A DNA stretch of 61,497 nucleotides, the filler included, from Dimorphilus gyrociliatus (lineage: Eukaryota; Animalia; Annelida): assembly GCA_904063045.1 (NCBI GenBank). It is 3 parts of 3 records of this genome, joined end to end, with 100 filler letters (N's around TTAATTAATTAA, not from the genome) between each part and the next. Parts side by side here need not be neighbours in the genome. Positions count along the whole stretch, not along the records: positions 1 to 18,829 come from CAJFCJ010000202.1; 2 more parts are not named here. One strand, written 5' to 3'. The notes under the pieces were generated by a model. That model ran no database searches. It had not been told where the DNA came from and worked only from the letters and a program-made list of their open reading frames with translations. Shown one piece after another: positions 1-10,727 of this stretch. Numbering within the stretch: the stretch's first letter is position 1; each line of letters opens with the position of its first letter. The translations under genes and the position numbers were made by a program.

Positions 1-3000
1 TATTGTTTGTAAAAAATCAAAAAGGAAAGGTATCTATAGTAAACTGGTATTGGAATTTTTTCTCCAATTTTGTTTATTTTCTTCAATCAGCTAATATTTG
101 CCTTGAAAGTAATTCATTTATGTTTGAAAATACTTGCTATAGACTTTTTGGTATTAAAGAAGCAAAAATTATAAATAATTTTGAAGCATTTTGTCAAAAA
201 AGAAATTTATCATTAATTGATTTTCCAACAAATAAAAACATATTTTTGACATTTTATTTACAAATGTTTGGTTTTTATGTTAGTAAAAAGACTTTAAAAA
301 ATTTTAAAGAAAGTTTACAAAATAAGATTGTCTTTTCTAGTAAGAAATTCAATTGATGATCTTTTTTTTTCTTTCTTTCTATCCTCTACTTCTTAATTTA
401 GAATTGAAACAGGCCTATTATAGAAAAAGATTAGTTACATTGACAACTAGCAACTATGATTATTCATTTATATCAAAAGTTGATAAATTTCTTTACAAAC
501 ATTATAAAATGTTTGAGCAATTTGGATGGTCAAACCGTTTTAAAAAGTTAATTACATATCCAATGACTGATGAATGTTTTACTTTGTCAGTTGCGTTAAG
601 AAGGTTAGCTACCAGTTTTTATAATTTGAAATTTTTTATTACTTATTGTCTTTTATATTTTTTAGTCAAGTGTCCGGCAATATATTTTTTAAAACTAGTC
701 CTTGCAAATACAGGACAAACGTTATTGTTTGTCAAAAGCAGTATAATTTAGGTTTTAAATAAAAATATGAATAGCAAAAAGAATTATAACAAAATTTAAT
801 TTTCAGGTGAAAATCATCTTCTTTCTTCATTTCCGGTTAAGAATGAAAATGTATCTTGTTCTACAAATTTCTATTATTGTAAAAATGATAAAATCTGTGT
901 TAATTATATATACATTTGTGATGGAGTATACGACTGTCCATCACGTGATGATGAATTAGATTGCGAAGATAAAGAACCTTTGAGATATCAGTGTTTAGAG
1001 AGTGGAGAAAGAATTAGTTATACTTTACTATGCGATTTTATTATAGATTGTTCAGATGGATCGGACGAAAAATTATGTGGTAAGATAATCTGTAAATCAG
1101 CTAATCTGCTAATCCATTAATCTGCTGATGAAAAATTTTAGCTCATAAACCTTGTAATGGCTCTAAATGCCACAATCAGCAATGTATATCTTCGACTATG
1201 GTCTGCGATAATGAAATAAACTGCTTTGATTCAAGCGATGAACTTTGCAGACATGAAGAAGCAATCGATGAAAATTATAAAAAAAGTTAGATTTCTTGAA
1301 CATCGTTAATTCAAACAATGTTTTTTTTTACATTTGTTCTAAATATAGATTGTAATGAGAATTATCAAATCGCTTGCGGTCAGCTATGCTTAACTCGAGA
1401 GAAATTATGCGATTTTCAAATTGATTGCGATAGTGCTAAAGATGAAAATGGATGTTCAAAAGTTTTACAGAATACAGAGAGATATCAGTCAACAATGTCT
1501 AATAAATGTTTACTTAAGTATGATACAAGTAATAATCTATTAACAAAGATCCGTTTTCCATTTTCATTGTTGAAAAATTGCCAAAAGCATAAATGTACAA
1601 AATCTCAATATAAGTGCTATTATTCTGGATTTTGCATTAATGTTGATAGAGTTTGCGACGGAATTAACAATTGTTTGAATAATGATGATGAATTATTTTG
1701 TGGTTTAAAATTTTTGAATGATTTAAATATACTTAACAAATAGTCTCTTTTTCTCCCAAATAGACAATTTTTTACTACCAGGTTTCTTTAAATGTAGAAA
1801 TCAAAATACTTTTCTATCCGAAGATCAAATCTGCAATGGAAAGTTGGATTGCCAACTAGGCAGTGATGAGATATTTTGCACATTTCCAAAGCAGATTTAT
1901 CAAGATATTTGTAAATATCCAAATTATTTTTCAATTGATTGCAAAAATGTAGAGAATAAGAATGGAAGAGAAATAATTGAAATAGATGAAAATTTCAAAT
2001 CAATCTCCTTGTATGGAAATTTTTTAAAAGATACTTTAAATGCTACTCAAAAATTTCAAAATGTTTTTATATTAAATATTTCCTATAACAATTTAATTGA
2101 TGAATGGAATAATGTTGAATTTTCAAATCTTATCTTTTTAAATATTGTTCATACAAATTCAAGTGAATTGAATTTTATTCAGAATTCAAAATTTTCAATG
2201 TTACAAACTCTAAATCTATCGAATAATCCTATTTATAGTGTTGATATAATGACTAAAACACCAATGAATAGTTTAATTATATTGGATTTATCAACAACAA
2301 AAATTGATAGAATTGACAGGAATTTGTTAAAAAATGTAAAAAATTTAAAATTATTTAAAATTGAAAGTTGTAATTTGAATGTAATTGAAAAACTATCGTT
2401 TGAATTCGTAAAAAATCTTGAATATTTATTAATGAAAAACACCAAATTTCCAACAAATTCCATAAAATATTTTATAAATTACATGAATAAATTAAAAATA
2501 ATTGAAAATGAACATTTTCAATTGTGTTGTCTAGCTTGGAAAGTTTTGGATAAACGGATTAAATGTAATCCTCATCCAACCCATTTTCTTACCTGTATGA
2601 ATATCATTCCATCAAAAATTTTAAGAGTACTTTTCTGGATAATTGGAATTATTGGTGTTCTTGGAAATTTAATAGTAATCTTTCTAACCTGCATTTCTAA
2701 GGTTAAATCAAAAACATTTGGATTTTGCCTAGTTTTAGGAGATTTATTAACTGGAGGTTACGTAATTTCAATCGCTGTAGCAGACAGCTATTTTTCGGGA
2801 ACGACTTATTTAGAAAATGAAGAAAATTGGAGATTTAGTAATAGTTGTTCAAGTTTGGGTACAATATTAACATTTTCATTGTTATTATCAATATTTTCAA
2901 TTCTATGTTTGGCAATTGAACGTTACGAAGCAATAAGCAATCCGTTAAAAAAGCCCCGTATCGTAATATACAGGAAATTAACATTAATCACTGGAATATC

Positions 3001-4151
3001 GCTCTCTCTCTTCATTTCAATGGTTCCTCTGATCTTCCATCAAGTTGACAATATAATTTTTTTTTCAAATAGTTAAAAAATTTTCAATTGCAGAATTTTT
3101 ATTCAAAATCGACAATTTGTTTCAACATTCAAATACGAAGTGATAAAAGTCAAGGTTGGATATTTTCATTTGTTGTATTTGGAATATTATTCTGTACAAT
3201 TAGTACTATTATTGCTGTATTATATATAAAATTAATTCTACAAGTAAAAAAAACTGCAATGATTAAATATAAATCATTATCAAAGAGTATTTATGTTTTA
3301 ACAATGTCAAATGTTTTATGTTGGTTTCCAATATCAATTATGTGTGAGTAGTGTCAATAATCCATATTAAATCAATCAGTTATAATCAACATTTCTTTAA
3401 TTTAGCAATTTTATCTCATATTTTAAATTTGGACCTAAAGAATGATATCTATATTATTGTTGTCATAGCAATAATTCCATCTAATTCATTACTAAATCCC
3501 TATATATTTGGAATAAATCAATGTATTTATTTATATAGAAATCATTTGTTAAAAACTGTCAAAAAAAAGTAAAAACAAATTATTTTTTCATTTACACAAA
3601 GTTTGTCAACTTTTTGTTTTTTATTTTTGTTCAGACAAATTTACTTAAGAACTGTTACAAATGCAATTACCAGAAAATGTTTGTACTTTCTCTCTCATTC
3701 TCTGTATCTCTTTGATCTAAAATCTTCATCTGCAGATGTGACTTTCTTCAACAAAGAAATAAAAATAATTTCTAATTGTATAAATTCTCAACAACCAATG
3801 AAAAAACTCTGTATACATCCAGAGTTTTTTAAAAAATTGAGATATTTCAAGTGTTCACAGCAACTTCTTAACTTTATTGCAAATTCTCACAAAAACTCTT
3901 TGAGTTTTGTCACTGAAAATTTTGAAAATATTATTTATTATTCTGTAAGTCAATTATTCATGATACCATATTTTCATATTATCATATGTTTTTTCCCTAC
4001 CTTGTAGGAACCAGACTATTATGTTGTATGTTATAATTTTGCTATTCAAACAGATGAAACAATGAGTAATGATGTATTGAAATTTGGAAATTTTGTTAGA
4101 AAAATCCTACAGAGAAGAAGAGCCTATCTTTCAAATATGGACACTGTTTAG
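1..4151 (+). CDS. GRL101/RXFP-like LDLa-LRR-7TM receptor, paralog 1 (5' partial, multi-exon), with CTL-like domain and kinase-like C-tail
   Basis: CTL-like start (ICLESNSFMFENTCYRLF) and end (FKTSPCKYRTNVIVCQK). Six LDLa repeats, e.g. CVNYIYICDGVYDCPSRDDELDC. LRRs (LQTLNLSNNPI, LIILDLSTTKI), hinge LCCLAWK...LTCMNII, 7TM with ERY and NPYIF. GT-AG introns keep the frame through exons 3635-3678, 3736-3944 and 4008-4151. Confidence 0.88.
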
Positions 4152-4379
4152 AATTGTTCATTAATTTTGCTTTTTAGTAGATTTTTGTTCATGTAAAAAC
4201 TCTATAAGTTTTTTGGTAATCGACAAAAACAGCAGAACACCACAAATTATGATAAGCTGAACATTAAAAATCATTTTTTTTGTTATTTGTTAGCTGTTAA
4301 ATATTAGGTGCAACCATTTACTTACTCTTCGCCCATCCCATTATATAATAATCTCTTCCCACAATTCACCCTCGGAAAT

Positions 4380-4790
4380 TGTGAACTGTCCTAGACCAAT
4401 TTTTTTGTGTTAGGTGTCACTTGTTCTCAATACGACTGAAGTTGGGGACCTTTGATGGCTTATCAATAGGATTGATGTCATTCATCCTAAAGGCACTTTT
4501 GGTACTTTTTTCAGTGTGGCACCTGCACTATCTTGTTGAAAGATGTACTCCCTATTCTTTTTAACTGATATTTCTTCCATAACGGGAGGAACATCTTGCA
4601 CAATAAAACAGCTATGGGCCTCAGCATTTAACTGTTCATTAATCCTCCAATACTTCAAATCTGAAATTATGAGTACCCAAAACCATGACTTCACGGCGGC
4701 CCATATATTTTGTAACCCTAAAATGGTTTCCATATTTTTGAGGAAGTTTCCCATGGCCCCCGAGATCAACTCTTTGTCTTACTCTTTATA
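4380..4790 (-). pseudogene. Tc1/mariner transposase relic
   Basis: IWAAV...SDL..., REYIFQQDSA (cf. FQQDNA), then after a frameshift NDINPIDKPSKVPNFSRIEN (cf. WPSxSPDLNPIEN). Stops and frameshifts present. Confidence 0.7.
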
Positions 4791-5259
4791 GAAAATAGAT
4801 ATATTTTGTCTTTTCAGCTCCAACTAACTGCCTTTGAACAATCCGTATTCTCTTGTTCCAGTGATTTTTATTAATTAAAATTTTGCTAGTTGAAGATTAT
4901 ACCATCCACAAAGCTATTGCCATTAACTTTACTTTTCCTAGTTGGCTATATTTCTAGATCACGAGATCCGTTTCATCTTAACTCTAAACCTTAATGAAAA
5001 TGAGTAAAAACTTTTTCCCAATAACAATTACTAATACGCTGATTTTCTCTAATTTTTATACCTATTTATAGCATATTTTTTAAAATAAATTTACCCCATT
5101 AACCAATCGAAATAGCTATGTTTTATATATGAAAAAACTGGAAATTTATTACAGTTTCATTATGCAACGTTGAAAAATATGAAGGATTAAATGATTAATG
5201 TAAGGACTGGATAATTTCCAGATCTGGTACTTTAATTCAGAGAGGAAAAACCTCAGGAT

Positions 5260-5530
5260 TAAAACCCCAATGCAGGAAGATGGATTAACGGTCTGGCTAG
5301 CCTTACTTGCTGATAGTAGACTGTTTACATCAAGAATACCAAAGATATGTACCAAAGTATGATATCTCCATTAACTGAAAAAGAAGGCTCTACCCTTCTT
5401 TGATGAGAAAATGCCAAGTGGTTTTATTTTCAAGCAGGATAATGAAATGCACCCTGCACAAAATGGATAGAATTTTCTCTACTATTGTTTTAGTGTTGGA
5501 GAAAAATACCAAAAAATGGGTATTTTCTCC
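5260..5530 (+). pseudogene. second Tc1/mariner transposase relic
   Basis: GLTVWLAL... and ALPFFDEKMPSGFIFKQDNEMHP resemble the Tc1 VWG...FQQDNAPxH motifs; disrupted. Confidence 0.55.
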
Positions 5531-6211
5531 CATACCATAATATAAATAAATAAAAAAGTTTATGGACATAAAACGAAACATTTTGTCTTTTTGACATTTC
5601 AATTTTCACGCAATATATAGGCCAAAAGAATCACTTAATCCTATACTCTTTTTTAACCAATTTTCAGTGTCTCATATTGAAACAGTTACGGATTTTCAAT
5701 GTTTTCATACGCAAAACATAGCTGTTTTGATTAGTTATGGGAGTCAATCTAAAAATACATTTTAATCGTATAGAACATATGGATCAAAGGTAAAAATAAC
5801 AATATATTCAATATTGAAAATTTATATCCTGACAACTCCAAGTCTGATTATTCTCTCAATTAATGTTCATTATATTTGTTTGCACAATTTGATTCATGAG
5901 TCACATCAGCTATCCAACATTATTGATTCTTTCATTCTTTTTCTCTATTTTCTGATATATTGGAAAAAACAGAGAAACATACCAGCACTATTCATTGACC
6001 ATGTTAAATAAAATGAACAAAGACATTATCTATGTTTCGATTATTCTATCAATTTTCATTATATATATAAATATATATATATATTTATACTTAAGACGAT
6101 CATCTTTATAATTCAGTTCCCTTCCTACTCTCTTCGTCTCTTCTTCGTCTCTTCTTTTATCTTGCATTTCAGCTAGGAATCTTCTTGTTCTGAACAAAAT
6201 TCAACAAGATA

Positions 6212-6684
6212 ATGAGAAGATTAGAATTATGCTGTTGTATAATGAGTTTTTGGTGTACTGGGTACATTTGCAGCCAAATTGGCAAGTATTTCTGGATTTT
6301 ATTTGTTCATGAATGAGATAAAAGAAAGTTAAATGAGTAGTTTGAAATTATTTTTTGGCAGTTTGCCAGTATAGTTATGTAAGAACTACAAATTTGTTCG
6401 CAAAGTTCGATCGGATTCATGTAGATGAATGGGGCCACTACACCAAAGTCATGACAGTCGACCAGTGTAAAGAATATTGCAATAGCAACGATAAATGCCT
6501 GTTTGTATTGTTTGGTTTTGTGTGACAAATTCACCAAACTATTCAATTTCTCTTTCATCAACAGTTCATTCGATTATAAAAAGAATAAAGACGAATGTTA
6601 TCCGAATAACACCACTATGTCCACAGCCTCAAACCTTGTTTCAAGTAGCCAATTTGATTTCTACCTTAAAAATAAGCATTGCAG
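6212..6684 (+). CDS. secreted PAN/apple-domain protein (3' end uncertain, possibly a pseudogene)
   Basis: Exons 6212-6281 (MRRLELCCCIMSFWCTGYICSQI, signal-like), 6362-~6500 and ~6565-6684 splice to VCQYSYVRT...TVDQCKEYCNSNDKCLSFDYKKNKDECYPNNTTMSTASNLVSSSQFDFYLK, a PAN-type Cys pattern with CxSFDY...CY. The first intron needs a GC donor. Confidence 0.6.
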
Positions 6685-8182
6685 TAAATATTCGCTTTAG
6701 TTTTTTTTACACTCTATCATTATCATCATTATACCATTTCAAATTATTGGGTATATCTAAATAGGGAAAAAACTTTTCCTACAAGAAATAGAAGGTATAT
6801 TACTTCTTCAACTGACAAAATATTAGAAGCTAGCCTCATTGAAGAGAAGATGAATCTAGCGTTATTTTTCTAGCTCTTCATTACACCATCTTAAATATAA
6901 TTAAATTGGTAGAATTTCTCAGAACAAAAAAGTGTATAATATTTCTAGAAATAGAGTTTGCAGTTGAAATATTTATTATTACAGTCTAGACGCAATGTAA
7001 ATACAGATTAAAATTGATCTGCACATAATTCTTAATTCTTTACAACTGACAAAAGAAAATATCGTATTTTCCAATGTTTTATGGCCAAATAATAAAATGG
7101 CTGAATCTGCAAAATATAAATATATATATACATATATATAAATATGTAGTCAACGGACACATCGACTAGTCTTGGACACGTGCCAAGTTTATTTCTTATA
7201 AGACTTACATTACTATACAGTCAACATAATAAGTAATTAGTACAAAGAAAAAAGGTTTTATAAGGTGATTATTTGGTGTTATATAATTTTGATTTGCCTT
7301 ATCATCATATTAAGTCTGTACGTGAAGTCTTGGTTGAAAAACTTTAAAAGTTAGTTAGTTTGCTTCCTGTTTAGAGTTTGATTTTAGAAGGGCCTATTTT
7401 TCAACTCTTCCATTTCAACTTGTATTTGCATAAAACCTTTTTGACATCAGACAATGATATCTGTATAGGCACAGTACAGTTTTGTAAAATTTCTTGTGCT
7501 TTCTAGTTTGGTTTAAATCTTCATTTTATTGTAATCTAAAATTCCAAGGATCTAATATAATAAATTCTAGGATTCAAGAAAGATTTTCGGAATCGAACGC
7601 TTAGAATAGAGCAGAGAATCATGCAATGAAAACGGAGATGACGATACAAATGGGGCATATCATATTGATACTCATATCGGAAATTGCTTTTCTATGCTTA
7701 ACTATTTCTCTAAGTATAGGAAGGTATCAAAGAAAACTGGTAATAGCATTTGGTAAAAAGGTACTATACAATCGAAAGTAGCTCTAACTAGAAGTATAGA
7801 TATTAGAAATATCGCAGCGAGAAGAGGAAGTAGTATTATTTTTTTCACGATTAATAAAGTTGTACTATTATGATACAGTGATGTTATTAGACCCTTACGT
7901 GACACGTGACTTCTACAACAAAAATCAATTGTTAATATATTAAAGTGCTGTAAAAAGAAAATGTTCTATTAAAAACATCACTAATCCAAAATATAATCCG
8001 GTCATTCAACTATCTTTCCGTCCTCCCCTTTCTAATTGCTTTACGCCTATGTATAAGTATTCACTATCACTAAATCATTAGCTAATTAAAAATGATTAAG
8101 ATTAAAAAATTAATAATTATTTATGAATATAAAAACAAAATTAGAACATTTAAAGAATTGTCAGTCAGACATACAATTCAAA

Positions 8183-10634
8183 ATGAGAATATTTGAATTT
8201 TTGATAATTTTCAATAGTTTCTTATTCAGTAAAAAACTTTTGAATGCAGAAAAATTTTCAGGTAATGAAGTAATAAATTGTTCATTTCAAATATGTTCTG
8301 TCTTTTTGTTATACTAATCAACAGGTGGATATCTTATTGATGTTGCAAGTCAAAGTAACGGAGCAAGTTGTAACGCTTCCGGTGCTTTACCAGATTTTGA
8401 ATATTATACTTACCATTGTGAAAATGCATTGGAACCTTTCTGGAAAAATATTAATGGTTGGGTAACTCCATGTTCAAATTCATACTGTACCACCGAATGG
8501 ATTGATATTACCTTTAAACAACAATATCACGTGATAGAACTTTGTGTTTATCAAGGAATTGGTAATTTAGAGAGAAGAGTTGGAAAAATTTCCATAGTGA
8601 TGAACGCAAAAAGTACAATAATTCAACTAAACAATACCATCACGTGCTTTTTATTAGAAGAGCATTTTGGTTTGAACAGTTCAAGTTTAAAGATAAATAT
8701 TCACGAGATAAAGGTTGCAGCATCAAACATTGCTTTAGGCCAAATTTCAGCTTTTGCAATTGAATATGGTTAATAATTTCTTCTTTAGTTTTAGGTTTTT
8801 AAGCTTAATTTATTTATAGCCCCTATTTTATTAGCCTATGGATATATATACATATATTGTTATATAGGTGGTTCATTAAACGAATACGTTGAATACGATA
8901 ACATTGCTCAACTCGAATTTGGAGCCACTTGTAATCAATCATCCTACCAAACGGGAATGGATTGCTCTAACGCAATTGATTGGACTTTTTACCCAAATTG
9001 GATAGCCGACTGTTCAAATGTTCTATTATGCATTGATCAATACATCTCGATAAATTTTGCAATAGCTGCACGGCCAAAATACTTTTGTTTGGCGAATAGG
9101 TATAATCATAGGCCTATTTACTTAATTTTTTTATGACAAGGGTTAAATGAGGAAAAACTTAGTAAACAGATAGTAGACTTTGGGAATAGGTTAAAAGTTT
9201 TCCAAAGGTCAAGGGTCATTTGGAGGTGGAGGGGAGGGTTTGTATTTTATTTCTTTTAACTGTTTTCTTTTTTTTTATTCAAGAATGGGAGGTTCAAATT
9301 TTATAAAATTAATTGAAACGAAATGGTACTCTGGACATACTCAACTAATAAATTTACATGATAATGGCATTCGATATTGCTTTAATTATACAAATGAACC
9401 TAATATCGAATCTGGATTAACATTTACAATTAAAGATTTTTATACCGGAAGTAATCTAGGATTGAGAAGTGTTCATGTTTTTTCAAAAAGTATTCAAAAC
9501 ATTACTATTTTTTTTGTTCTATTATATTCTGTTTTTCTTTTAAAGGAACATTTGGACGAGTTTATTCTATTCAATCAGAAAATTACGTCATCTATTATGT
9601 AGCGGAAAAATTTCAAAAACAATTCAAATCATTAAAATTCAAAATTCTAGGCAAAGAAACGAATCAATCCAATGACTGCTCATCATTTATAATCAGTTTT
9701 AAAGATGAACTTTCTATACAATTTTCAATAAAAATTGATATAAAGGAAAACAGTACAAAAGACAATTTGATAATTGAATTATTTAAGCCTACTTTAATTG
9801 ACAAGATATTCAAGTTTCAAATGAAATTAATTAGTTGTGAATTTTGGACTGAATACTGGATTCAAATTTTAAATGGCGAATTACAATTTGGTTCCGGAAG
9901 AGCTTATGGTGTGAATATTTTAGCTAAAGTAACGGGAAACATTTCATTAAATTTAAAGGAAATTTTATTGAGAAACAACCAAGCTGACATCATAAATCAT
10001 TTTCAAATAACTGATATAGGTTTTTTAATTTAACCCTAACCCTAACCCTTTTTTAGCACAGCAATTCTTTCTAAACCAGATTCAATTCAATATTATTATC
10101 TAATCCCGACCCCCAACCTAATCCACTCTCTTTGCCCTTTACCCTATCCTAATGATATTATAATAATTTCTATTCTCCTCCTCTTTTTCTTCTACAGAGG
10201 GCCAAAAGATTTCTGTACCGCATATGAATCAATGCCAAATGACCCATTTCTATTCTACAATCGACAAATCATTTGACACCTGCTCAAGAATTCAAACTGA
10301 AATTTTAATAATTAATTTTGAATTTCTGAACAATAGAAATGATAATGGAATTGACAATTTTTTTATTATCGTTTCCTTTAAGAAGCTCCATGAAAATATT
10401 GAAAAGTTTCTAGTAAATGCTCTCATTCCCTACGAAAATGACGCGAATAACAGGATCATGTTGAAGTTATGCCAATTAAAAATTATAATTTATAAACCAG
10501 TATTCATATTTTATAAATTTAAATGCATTGTTAAAAATGTTCAAAATATTAAAATGAACAAATTTTTTATTCATATCAATGTCAACTCAAATGATTTGAA
10601 TAATATTTCAATTTGTGAAATTTTATTCAAATAA
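8183..10634 (+). CDS. secreted multi-domain protein: 2x discoidin/F5-8C-like, FAMeT (Methyltransf_FA)-like, C-terminal beta-sandwich
   Basis: Signal exon MRIFEFLIIFNSFLFSKKLLNA. Repeats DVASQSNGASCNASG...CENA...W...EWIDITF and NIAQLEFGATCNQSS...CSNAID...W. LISCEFWTEYWIQILNGELQFGSG is FAMeT-like. Ends in ISICEILF. In-frame GT-AG splicing was checked for most junctions. Confidence 0.7.
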
Positions 10635-10727
10635 AAAGTTTCTTTGTCTAAAAGGGTAAGGTCAAGGTCAAGGTCAAAGCTAGGGTCAAGATTTTATTAA
10701 AATTTAAAAACAAGATTATTTTTTCAA

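Noticed and set aside
7145-7917. Possible solo LTR (TGTAG...CTACA, AATAAA near the 3' end)
   Set aside because: No target-site duplication, PBS, PPT or second copy in the window.
10031-10130. CCCTAA runs suggesting a telomere
   Set aside because: Only 2-3 units inside an intron; same class as other hexamer microsatellites here.
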